From assembly GCA_964252035.1 (NCBI GenBank), contig OZ176212.1: DNA of 64,000 nt. One strand, given 5' to 3'. This stretch comes from Podarcis erhardii. Its lineage: Eukaryota. The position numbers were made by a program, and so were the translations under genes. Position 1 is the first letter of the stretch. The number at the start of each line of letters is the position of its first letter. This document shows, piece by piece, positions 29,177-42,000 of this stretch. Under the pieces are notes generated by a model. That model was given only the letters and a program-made list of their open reading frames with translations, was not told where the DNA came from and made no database searches.

Positions 29177-32100
29177 GAAGTTGAAACCACCTCTTTTACT
29201 CAAACAATATTGCTTGCCTGCCCGCCTGCCCGATAGCCTTAGGGTTGCATTTAGAGAGGGGCCCTTTCCTTGGGCCCAGCCTCACTGCTTGTCTCTCCCC
29301 GCTACCCCAAACAAACCCCAACAACTATGTGGACAGAAGAACAGAAGTACAATGTAAGGTGTAGGACTCTCAAACCAGCTGTCGAACCTCACAAGGCAGA
29401 ACTTACAGCCACACACACAAAAATGAGGTTATTGAGGAAGACATGCTTTTGTTCCATAACACTGTGGCTTCGGACTAGTTACAGATACAGTAGTGTTCTC
29501 TACAGAGCCGTCCCAAGACATGTTACTGGAGATGGAGAACAAGGCCCCTCGTTCCCATTGCCAGGTACAGAAGCCAATGGGACCGGCAAGTGGATTGTTC
29601 TCGGACCCAATTGCACCAGCAGTGTCTTCAGATTCTTGTTACAAATCGTGTTTTAAATGGGGAGCCTAGATTATCAAGAAGGTTAACTGCATGCCCAGCT
29701 ATTCCTTGATTTTAAGATGGAGGGGAAGAATTTGGATCGGGGGACGAATGCTGGTCCTGTGGTTGGGAGCTGACACTGCACCTTGGATGCAGGTACCAAA
29801 ACTCCAGTTTAAAGTGCCAGAAGAGCTGGACACAGGAATGTCTCCCTCACCTCAAATTCACAAAAGGGCAGTACCTTTATTGGGCCCATCGAAAGATCAC
29901 AAAATAGTGTGCACGCTGGTGGGAATGGTTGGTGTAGTGAAGGTATTGACAAAACCAGATTTTCTTGACCAATGTAGGCACATGGTTTTTTGTTCTATGG
30001 GTCTCTGGCAGGGGTGTGAAGGAGGCTGAACAAAAGGGGCCGTGGAGACTTCCCTAGGGTATAATTTTGATCAAAGCTGTTAAGGAGTGCTTTACAGAGA
30101 TCTGCTTCTCTACGTGAAACATCACTAAGTTGATGCTGAACCATGCTGTGTTCCCCTTTTTGAAGAAGGCAGTTCTGGCTGCAAAGGCGGCTGTAATTTG
30201 GACCTGGAGGGAATTATGAACTGGCAGGTGCCTTCACCATATCTTAGTGCTAGAGTGCTTCTTCCAGGAGGTACCTGGCATCCGCAAGTACAGGGCTGGG
30301 AAGGACTCTCTGAGAACCACAGCCAGTCCATGTGGACAGTACAGCACTAGATATTGCCCTTTGTATAAGGGAACTTCTTGCATTCATAATTTGCATGCAG
30401 AAGGTACCACATTTATTCTCTGGCATTTCAAGGTAAAATGATTAGCTAAGCAGGCAATGCTTAGACCTCTGCCTGTAGCAAAGTGTAGCCTAATCTAGCT
30501 TCCTGTTTTTGAGTCTAGTAAAGGCAGGCTGGTAGACTGGGCCTATCCTCAGCTCTGGTGCCTAGGCAGGTTCAGAAACAAGCTGCATTGGCCTCAGTCT
30601 GCAAGGCAACAGGTGAAATTGCCACAACTTTCAGCCAATCACCGGCAGAGCTGCCATCCTTGGTGCTCCCACTTGTGTGGAAGCCAGCGCCAGTCTGGGG
30701 GATCCTTTTAACTGGAGGGGAGCAGCAACTGCACACTCAGCTGAGCAGTTAAAAGATGCAGAGGGAGGAACAAGCTGTATCAGCGCTGATGCAGATTTTT
30801 TCTCCCTCTGCACTATGAGGGCAGAATGGGATGGTGGTTTCACGAACACTCGCTGGAGGAAGTCGCTAGTAGAGGGACTCTGAAGTGGTGGTTTCGCCAG
30901 CAATAGACTGCTGGGTGAAGCCAACATCGCAGTCTGCTCATACCGGTTCTGGATGATATATTAATATATCACCCAGGCCTAGAACAAGCCTCAGAACTCC
31001 GCCAGCATCAGCAGTTTCAATGGTATTTTGCTGTTGTGCATCACTGAATCTGGAAACCTGAATGACACATGAAGCCCTTGCTCCTAGAGATTCTAACCTA
31101 AACACTGAATTGGCTTTGGTGGTCTTGAGCACGGGTAGGCAAACTAAGGCCTGGGGGCCGGATGCGACCCAATCGCCTTCTAAATCCGGCCCACAGACGG
31201 TCCAGGAACCAGCGTGTTTTTACATGAGTAGAATGTGCCCTTTTATTTAAAATGCATCTCTGGGTTATTTGTGGGGCATAGGAATTCATTCATTTTCTTT
31301 TTTCCTCCCTGAGGGACAATGAACCGACCCCCTGCTGAGAAAGGTTGCTGACCCCTGGTCTTGAGCTTAACTTCTGCACCACTAAAAGTGGATTCTGAAA
31401 GCTCTGGAAGGTTTATGTGTGGCCATGCTAATTTATATAAATGGACGTTTTACCTGTGCCTACTTCCAGTACTAATTCCTGTTCAATAGGCATCACTTAT
31501 CGAACTAGGCTTCAGCTAGTCTGGTAGTGGTTGCCAACCTTTGTGGACCAGTGGGCAGCAGTCACAAAATGGTTATGGGGAGAACACAAAATGGCTGCCA
31601 CATTTAAGAGACGGGAACAAAATGGAGGCGAGGGCCGGTGTCCGGTTCTTGCAGGCAACGAAACGCAGGTGGAGGAAAGGCTATGTCGGTGGAAACACAA
31701 ACTGAGCAGGAACAGCAAACAGCCTCTTGTGTCGGTTTTTGAGGGGATATTCACTGATCCCTTTTGCAGGTGTTGTAAGAGGTACTCGCAGGCACACAGG
31801 CAGCCTTGGCTGTCACACCGGCAGGTTCTGAGCTACTGCCTGCCCTAAAGTGGGGTCCATACATTCAAGAGACCAAAAATTGTTTGAAGTTTGGTGGCGT
31901 CAAAGCCAATTTCCTTGGAGGTGGTAGCTGGGTCCCTGCTAATCCTTTAGTTAGCATGCATGAAGTCCAATTAAATCAGTTGTGTGCCATACATCCATAA
32001 TTCTGTGAAATCGACACTGGGTTCACAGTAGCCACAGTTTGCATATATGTTTAAATAAACTATATATCCTAAAGACACCACAGACTGCTGTGCCTCTCCA

Positions 32101-32690
32101 AAAAGGAACACAGACCCTGAGTAAAACATTTGCAACCTCTTGAACCGCACAAGAAGAAGGGGTTGTGTGTATTATGTTCCTGGGGCCTGTAAATCTTGGC
32201 TCCTGTAATCTCGGGGGCATTCTTGTTTTTAAGGAGAACGGTGCTTCTGAGGAAATCTGGGACCCATGGTTCTTGGAAGGGCACGTCTCCTGAAATCATT
32301 CTCTCTTATGTTCTGTTGGAAAGCCTGCTTCAATAATTCGCTGTTCAGAGTACTGTCTGTACTGATTTAACACTAGTTCTGATCAAATCTCACAAGATTG
32401 TTCCAAAAAGCTGGGCAAGCCTATATGCAGGGAAACAAGGCTGCATAAACCACTCCAAACATAATGAAGTATGTTTCTCCTTTCATTCAAAATAAAAATC
32501 CTGAGGAAGGCAGCATTGAAGACAAAATCAAAAGTAAAATCTACTCTACAAGCATATTTCACAAAATACCAAAGATCATTTTGCTCAACCCCACCCCACC
32601 CCAAAAACCCCACGGAAAACAACACAAGAGTAAATTTGTGTGTATCATTCTTTTGGGAACACAGCGCATATGCTCCTATGCACCATGCCA

Positions 32691-32696
32691 TTTATT
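32691..32696 (-). terminator. POLR2L polyadenylation signal
   Basis: AATAAA on the minus strand ~180 nt after the stop codon. Confidence 0.6.
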
Positions 32697-32784
32697 GCAC
32701 ATCACTGAATGAGACAGAATCCTTCCATTGCACAACAGCACCCTCCAGTGGGAGGTGCCTGGTTTGGATATAATCTGAAGACAG

Positions 32785-32820
32785 ACTATCTATCATCTAT
32801 TTATCTATCTATCTATCCAC
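32785..32820. repeat. (ATCT)n microsatellite in POLR2L 3' UTR
   Basis: Directly visible. Confidence 0.8.
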
Positions 32821-32877
32821 CGGGGGGGGGGGTGTCTTCCAGCCTCATTGTGGCTCTGTTCCAGGGTGCCAACACTA

Positions 32878-34024
<1,147 letters not shown>

Positions 34025-34379
34025 CTAGCTATTCTTAGTGTTGCAGGAATTTCTCCGTTAATATTAGTTTACAGCAGGGGCCCCCAACTTGAATAAAATA
34101 TTGTGGGGGTCCAGGTAAGTCCTGCCACCACATAATTGTTCACAGGATGCAGTGCACCCACCAGGTTTGAATGGGAATACTCATCAACTTTGGGGGTGCC
34201 TGGCCCCTCAAATATTTTATTGTGGGGGACTCCAGCTCCCACCAACCTCAGCTGGCCTGGCCAATGATGGCCAAAGGTGATGGAAGCCCTAGGACACCCC
34301 CCCCCCCTCATCATCATCATCATCCAGCCACGGGTTAACTGCTCTTGCTGCAAAGGCGATCGGGAGGGGGAAACCCCAC

Positions 34380-35050
34380 ACCTCTTAGGTTAAGGCCACG
34401 CCCTCACCCACGGCTTTTACGGTTGTAAACAGCTTCAGGGAAGGCTGAAATTCAACAGGTGCTGCTTCCCTCTGTTGCTGCGTCTTCCCCACTCTACAAG
34501 CTTCACCGGGTGAATCTCTGCCTCTCGTGCCTTTGGAGCCGTCCCGAACAGCCTTCCGCTCCCCTAAGCGCTTCCCCCATTCCTGCTTCCACCTTCGGGA
34601 AGTGGGGGCGGCCCTCGCCCTCCCCGGATCTCTCACTCCCCGGCCCCACACATCCACTTTCTCCCGGCCTTCTCCCGCCAGCTCGGCGCTCCCCAGACCT
34701 GCCTCCCTCCCATTGGCCATCTTTCCCCCTCGCCCTCCTCCCCGGCCGACCCTTCTCCTTCTCCCCGCCGCTCCCCACCTTCCTCTCGGCCTCGGCCGCC
34801 TTCCTCTCTCCCGGGGGTCCCTCGTGGCTCTGGCGCAGCAGGGAGGCCGAGGGCTGGCTTCTTCCGCTGCCCGCAAGAGGGAGACACAAGCGTGGCCGCC
34901 GCCGCCGCCGCAGCAGCAGGAGGAGGAGGAGGAGGAGGAGCCCCGACGGCGGCGACGCCCCTTCCTAGCGGAGCCCAAATTTCTTCCCCTTATACGTAAG
35001 CGGCATCGATCTGCAAGAGGGGCATCTTGTTGTTATAACATCCTCGGGAT
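34380..35050. promoter_or_regulatory. CpG island / divergent promoter of POLR2L and the tetraspanin; probable non-coding POLR2L exon 1
   Basis: GC/CpG-rich; minus-strand TATAAG near 34990-34995; candidate donor AAG|gtgggg at 34779; YY1-like AAGATGGCC on the minus strand near 34716. Confidence 0.6.
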
Positions 35051-35929
35051 CTTTGCTTTTATCCAAGTTTTTTTTTTCTTTCTCTCCGCCCCTCTTTCTT
35101 TCTTTCTTTCTTTCTTTGTGTAACATCCCGCCTGAGGAAGAATTCTGGAGAACTCGGAAGTTTGCTTGCTAATTTCATACATTTTGCTTGGCGCAAATAA
35201 AGGCATTTGTCCTCAAAATTTGGAATTTTTGCTTATGCGGTTTAAATTTTTGAGAGTGATGCGCATTCTCTCTCCCCGAGATAATGATACCTGGCCTGCC
35301 TTACAGGGTTGTTGTAAAGATTGTAGAATATTTATATATATAGGGGGGTTGATAACAGCCACCATCTCAAACAGGGGTTTATTCCGAGGTAAAGGTCCTC
35401 TCTTGTGAAATCCTGAGCACTGCCCCGTTACTTTGCTGTGCCCCCGCTCCCCGCATCTGCTATTTGACAATAAACGTTCTGTCTTCCACACGGGGGTCTT
35501 CATATGGCAAAGCGCACGGCTTCCTCCAAACAAACCTGAGAACTGTAGTTTACCCCTCTCATCGCTACAATTCCCAGCACCCGTAACAAACTACGGCTCC
35601 CAGAATTCTTTTGAAGGAGAGACTGTTCTTAGTTTAAACGCCTGTGGTGTGCAGGCAGTGGAAAGGGTGAATCAGGATTGAATGGAGGGGGGCTGGAATT
35701 TTGACGTGTGACCGCTGCTGGAGAAAACCCGTGTGCACGGGGAGCACAAAACCCACAATAAACACCCACTTGGAAGCTGGCAATGTGGAAGGTACAGAAG
35801 CGAAGTACTTTACTCCCGAAGTTGCTCTCAGAGCAAACTACTCCTGCACAACAGGAGGTGCTCTCGGTAGTGCTTTGAGCAGAGTTGGAAATCTGAGGCT
35901 GTCACGTGCAGCCTGTGTTGGCGTTTACT

Positions 35930-36060
35930 TAGAATTGTAAACTTGGGAGGGACACGGAGGGTCATCTAGCTTAACCCCCTTGCAATGCAGGAATCTTTTT
36001 GCCCAACGTGGGGATGGAACCCAGAACCCTGAGATCCGGTCTCTGCAAGCGTGTTTTAAC
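35930..36060 (-). mobile_element. CR1-related segment plus tRNA-Lys-derived SINE head
   Basis: GCCCAACGTGGGG..GAACCCA..ACCCTGAGAT is the degenerate reverse complement of the tRNA-Lys 3' half. Confidence 0.55.
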
Positions 36061-38069
36061 TCCCTCCCTCCCGCGGGGGCATAATTTGGAAACGTCTCGA
36101 AAGCAGAAAGAGAAGTTATTCTCCAATCCCATACAAGTCTACTCCGCAGTAAGTCTCATTGAGCCACACGCTTCTGATATTAATGCGGTACAACTGAGTC
36201 GCTTTTCATTGTCCTTTTTTGCGGGGGAGGGGGAAAGTTTAAACAAGAACGGGGGTTCGAATCCGACTGGACGTCTTTGTCTCGAATAGAAACCCGTTTC
36301 CCTCCCAGAGCCCCCTGGACTCCTCCCCATAGTCTCAAACACGCCCCACATTACTGCCCCCCTTTCTCCCCTCCCATTTCCTTCCCCCTGTCCCGTGCTG
36401 GAATTTGCTCCCCCTCCCTTTCCATCCTGCATCCCATCAGAGGACAAGCAACTTGGAAGAGGTCTAGGTGTCTGGGAGGGGGGCTCCCGCCCCAAATCCA
36501 CGCTCCCGCCCCAAAGTCTCCTGCCCCGAGATCAAGGTGAGGGGCGCACGGAAATGTATTTATAATTGGGGGGGGGGGAGGGATGTGTCGAACCAGGGAT
36601 ATTTTGATGGGTATAAAAAGCCCGAGGAGACTCCCTCCTTGGGGGGAGGGGATGATTTCTGCTGTATTGCAATATTTTTCTGGGTCCCATAGAACTAATT
36701 CTGCCCACCCCAAAGTCTCTTACTTGCAAGATCAGGGGGGCAGCGAGAAATTTGGCAGCTGTAGTTAGTTACTTTCCTCCAGAGGTATTGGTACTTTGTT
36801 AAAAGAAAGACGAAAGAAAGAGATCTAAAGGCTCCTTTCATGTTATTTTGGTTTTCTCCCATTTGCCCCCCCCCCTTAGGGAAATAATTTAAGGGAGAGC
36901 GGGAATGGGTGTGCATTTTAAAAGCCCATCACAATTTTATGGGTTATTTACTGTAAGGAATATATTTTCGACCAGTTCAGATCCTGGAATTTAACATTCT
37001 TGTTAAATCCAGAACGGTGGCGGGTGGGGAGGTTTGGGTCGTGAATTGGGAAGGTGGGTCTGGAATGTGGGTTATGTTTTATTTCTACAGAATGGGTTTT
37101 GCTGAAAAAATGGAAAAGGAACTCTGTCGAGTGGCAAAAAGGCAAGGAATGAGGGTAAGGGTGGGGTGGGGTAGCTTTAGCAGGAAAGGCCTACAGGGTG
37201 GGGAGCGTTTGACTAAGGAAAACTTGGCAATTTCTTTTTACGTGGTCTGGGGATAAACATTGCCCGTCTTCTTTCTCGCCTTCATGTACCTTCATCTTCA
37301 GCACACATGATAGCAGGAGATGTGTTGCCCTACAGGAAATCTGTAATCTGGGCCTGGACAAGGGGACTTTTCCACCCCCAGTTCGTTTGTTGTTTATTTA
37401 TTTAGCTTTCCCTAAATCAGATAATTTACCTGCTTTCCCACCACTTCCTTAGCCGCTTCGTCTGAAGGGGATAAATCAATGTTTTATGTATTTACAGTTA
37501 TTTTCCTAAAAAATAAAATTAAACAGTGTTATACTCTTAGTTGTTTTGATACTTAAAACATGGTACGCTCTCCATTTAAATGGGACAAAAAATAATAATA
37601 AAACGGTTCCCAAGCTTGACCGCATTCGTATTTTTTATTACAGTAATTTTCAAGAGGAGGTAGGAAACAGGCAAACCTTTAAAGTTAAAAGTACATAAAT
37701 ACAGCATTGTTCTTTTTAAAAAGCAGAGCATATGAACATTGGGAACCAAAAATAACTCCCTCCAGATGTCCAGAGGTTACGATTTAAGGTTGCTTGTGTT
37801 TGTGGGGAAGATTTTGCCATTCTCTTGATAGGCCTCTCAACTTTTTTTGGCTGTTAGGGAGCTGCTTGAATTCAAACTCCCCTCAGTTCTGCCTGAATAC
37901 ACAGTTCCCTTGCTGCTGGCATGATATAGAAAGGACATAAGGGGCCATTGCTCCTATGCCCGGCCCCGCAAAAATTCAAAACTATGTCTAATCATCGTCC
38001 AGAAGCATCTTTATTTCTGACCAGCCTATTGATTCTGCACACTTTAGAAGCCATAGTGAGACAGGACTG

Positions 38070-38170
38070 TGTAGTGGTTAGACTTCAGGGAGAGACCTGA
38101 GTTCAAATCCCACCTCAGTCATGAAATTTTGGGCAGAACTTAGCCCATCCTACCTCACAGAGGGGTTGCC
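38070..38170 (+). mobile_element. Old tRNA-derived SINE (MIR/L2-like)
   Basis: GTAGTGGTTAG..GAGACCTGAGTTCAAATCCC..CTACCTCACAG; reverse-oriented relatives lie near 9490-9560 and 49540-49660. Confidence 0.45.
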
Positions 38171-39085
38171 AGGATGCAATTGGTGAGAGTCCTTTAGCCA
38201 CCCTTTGCTTTTTGAATAAGATAAACAAAAATTTGTACAAAATTGTACAAACCAATATGCCAGGCCTGAAGGCCATAGCCACCAACTTGTTTGCTTTGAT
38301 TAAATAGGGGGGTGAACATTTAAAATTTTCAGTACTGTATGTCCAAGAGACGGTCTTTAAACTTTATGTAGAATCCACAAAACCATTTCTAATGCTAACC
38401 AGGCCTTGACCTGCCCATCCTCCCAGTTAGGCCTAGGAATTTTACCTTGGCCTGTTCATTTGGGGTCTCCCAACTCTGAAATGCTCGTTTTTGTCTGAGG
38501 AAAGGCTTCCTTTCATGTAGATTAGCCTAATCACAGTTTGGCTGAAGTGGTACGCGGGGTGGGGGGGTGGGGGAACGGACGTTTCTCTGAATTTTTTCAG
38601 TGAGAGAGACTTCTTTTTATTTCATATTGTGTGAGGGACACTGAGTAACACCACCTTAGTAGTTCTTAATTATAACAGTTGTATCCTATCACCCCTCCAA
38701 GGGGATCAAGGTGGCATACATAGTTCTCCCTCTTAATTTTTTTTATTATTTGAATTTAAAGGGAATAAAAACCCCAATAAATTGCTTGTGGGATCCCAGC
38801 AGACTTTTTCACCTTCCCTCTCCTCCTCTCTCTAGCTCCCTTGCAGTCCCAAGCCCCACAAAGCAAATTAGGGGAAGGGGAGGAAGCTGCGGGGGAGACA
38901 AGAGGAGGATAGAATCCTATTGCATGGACAGCTTTGGATACGTCACTTCATTGTTTTCATAGGGGACCAGGATTGCCTATGAATTTCTTCCAACTGTATT
39001 GTAAATGCTCATGTATGAATGTTCCAGAATCACAGCATGTTGTTTTCTTTTGCCCCCCCCCCCCACCTTTCCAGACACATCCACC

Positions 39086-42000
39086 ATGGGGGTCAGCCGC
39101 GGCTGCTTGCTGTGCGTTAAAGTGAAGATGTTCGTCTTCAACCTCATCTTCTGGGTGAGTTGCATTGGGTCTGTGCACCTCCCCTCAGACAAGGTTGTGT
39201 GAAAGTCAAAAAAATCTTCATCGGATAGCCTTTCTGTCTACATCTGACCTGGGGACTCCCAGGATTAGTGGGAAGGGCTTATGGGCCTGTTATTCACGGC
39301 AGGACATTTCTCTTTTAATAAATAAGTAACAAGTTGCCCTACAGGTTTGTAAGAATGAACAAGAGGGAAAGTGCATCTGTGTGTTAAAACGCTGTCATTT
39401 TATAGCAAACCAAAAATCTGCCTGTAGACTGCCTGAGAGACCCCGCTCTCCACTATTGGCTGAACCGCTTGTGATGTCACAGAAGTTTCATCGGCCTTGT
39501 AATGGGCAAGGGGGTGTCAGCAACAGAATGTTGACAGCTGCTTTATTTGTTCCAATAAAAACTTGGCACAGGATTGGGAGTCAGGAGGAACTAGGTCTTG
39601 TTTGTGGGAAGGGGCTGAACTGAGAGCTTTTGCGGCTGGTGAGTGGAGACTCAGCCGATGATCTCTTCCACAACAGCATCCTGGACGGAGGTGGGGGGAG
39701 GTGGTACCATCAGAGGTGGGGAACCTCAGGTCATGCACATCTCTCCAGACCTCTCTACTTGACCCTCAGGACTCTGCCCAAGCCACACCCCTCACTAGCC
39801 TTGATCTTCACCCTCCTCTAGTGATTCTACATGCCTGGCATGTGTCCCCGAACAGTGATATAGCTTGCCTTCTCTCCCTGTAGCTTGGCGGCTGTGGGGT
39901 GCTTGGCGTGGGCGTATGGCTGGCTGTGACCCAGGGCCGCTTTGCCACCTTGTCGTTCTCGTTCCCGTCTCTGTCGGCAGCGGGGCTTTTCATGGCGACT
40001 GGAGCCATCATCATGGTTGTGGGCTTCCTCGGATGCTTGGGGGCGGCCACAGAGCACCGCTGCCTCCTGCTGACGGTAAGAGGTATCTCTCCACTGGGTG
40101 TTACATTGGGGAGGGGGTGAGTGTAAGAGATTTGGATTAAATTGGTGCAGAGGTGTCTAATGAGATCTTCGGTAGGAGAAGGTGCCCGGCAGAGAAATGG
40201 CTTAATTCAAAGCACAGTTTCTCTACAGAACCTATGTTAAATGCAAGAATGCTCAGCCCTGCTTTGGAGCATAGGCAGAGTGCAGTCATCAGTAGGAAGC
40301 AGAAAAGTGCATTTCTGAGATGCTGTGGACAAGATGGGATGCAAGAGGTGCATTTTTCTGTGCATAAAACCATTGGGGGCGGCCACAGAGCACCGCTTGT
40401 GGGACATCTTGCTTTAGATATGTTGTTGTTTTCAACTTTTCTTCCTGATTGTGACTTGGCTGGCTGGCTTGAGCGATGCAGAGCTGTGGGTTCCGCATGT
40501 ATCTTTCAGCCATGCCAGTGATCTCTGCTTGAGGCGGCAACATGTGCTATTCATTCAACTGTGGGTGGCTGGGAGGAAGGAGGGCTTGCAGGGTTAGTTG
40601 AACCAGAGGGCCTGATTGCATGTATGCGATCCTATGACTGCAATCAAGTATGGAGCGGGGGGGGGGGGGAGTGCGGAAGTGGGAGCACACTTTTTTCAGA
40701 GATGCACATATCTGTAAACACAAAACTGTGTTGTATGAGGCTTTCTCCTTCTCCCTGTAATTGCTGATTTGGGTATATCTCTTCCCTAGTTCTTCCTGGT
40801 CCTCTCCACCCTCTTCCTCCTGGAGCTGGTTGGGTTGCTGGTTTTTGTCACCTGTAGGGACAAGGTAAGGACCTTCCTCACCCCGTATGTAGAATGAGGA
40901 TGGTGAGATCCAGTTCATTTGGGCAACCTGCAGTCTGCAGGCCACATTCAGCCATCACAGGCCTGCAGTGCAGCCCACGCCCCTTGCCACTGCTGAGTGC
41001 ACACTCTGATACAAGATAGTTTACTTAAAGATGCCATTATAATACTGGCAGCTCCCTGTAGCACCCGTGCTCTTAACAGATGTGTATGCAGAGAGGAAAC
41101 TGATTCAAACCATGAGCCTGTCCCGATTCTCATGGAATGAGGAAAGAGCCCATTGTATAGACCTCATGAATCATCATCCTGCACCTCCCCGCCACACCCC
41201 ATATACTTCTTCAAACTTTGGGGTCTGCCAAGCCTGCTGATACTTTCCCACTTGTTAATGGATGGTGCCATTTTTGGCTACATTAGGAGCCACACTCAGA
41301 CATTGAGTTTGCTTGTATCATGTATACGGAACAGTTGCATAGTGGATCAAGTTATTTGAGTTACATGCTTTCTTAAGATAGCAGGTTTTAATTCGTCCTT
41401 GGAATTTGGAATAGTGCACCATTTCATTTAGGGTGGTATCTTCCAGAAAGAGGTCTGGAACCCACGGAATTAGGAAGTGAGGGAAAAGAGAAGGGAGGTT
41501 TAAAAAAGAGTGGGGGCTGGACTTCAGACTGTTGGAGTGAACTACTTGGCAAAGTCTCCACCCCTAACTTGAATATCGGAGGGTTTCCCGATACACCTCC
41601 AGTTTGGAGTAGTTCAGAAGAAAAATGGCAGGGCAGGGTTTCCATCCAACTTTGAATAAGCACCATGAGGGCTGTGCTTGCCCCATCAAGTCGAAGTCAT
41701 AATCTAGTCTCTGCATCACTCTTACCATCACACACACAAGTGCTGGTGGTCCATTGGGTCTGCTTATTTTGTCCTTTCTCTAGTTTGATAGATATGCCCA
41801 GTCCAATCTAAAGGAAGGACTTCAGCTGTATGAGACAGAGGGAAATGTGGGTTTAACCAGAGCATGGGACGTTGTGCAGAATGAGGTGAGTGTTACACAC
41901 ACACACACACACACACGTTTACAGTACTTCCAAATGGTCATCAGCCACATCCTAGCAAATTCAGGCTGCTCAACTAAAGCTGATTTTGAGTTCTTGTGCA

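Noticed and set aside
34385-35123. Long overlapping ORFs (197, 169, 198 aa) in the POLR2L CpG island
   Set aside because: Low-complexity Gly/Arg/Pro translations typical of stop-poor GC-rich DNA; no recognisable domain or splice context.
36000-36060. tRNA-Lys-like sequence on the minus strand
   Set aside because: Only the 3' half matches; the anticodon and D arms are destroyed and it is attached to a CR1-related segment, so it is a SINE relic rather than a tRNA gene.
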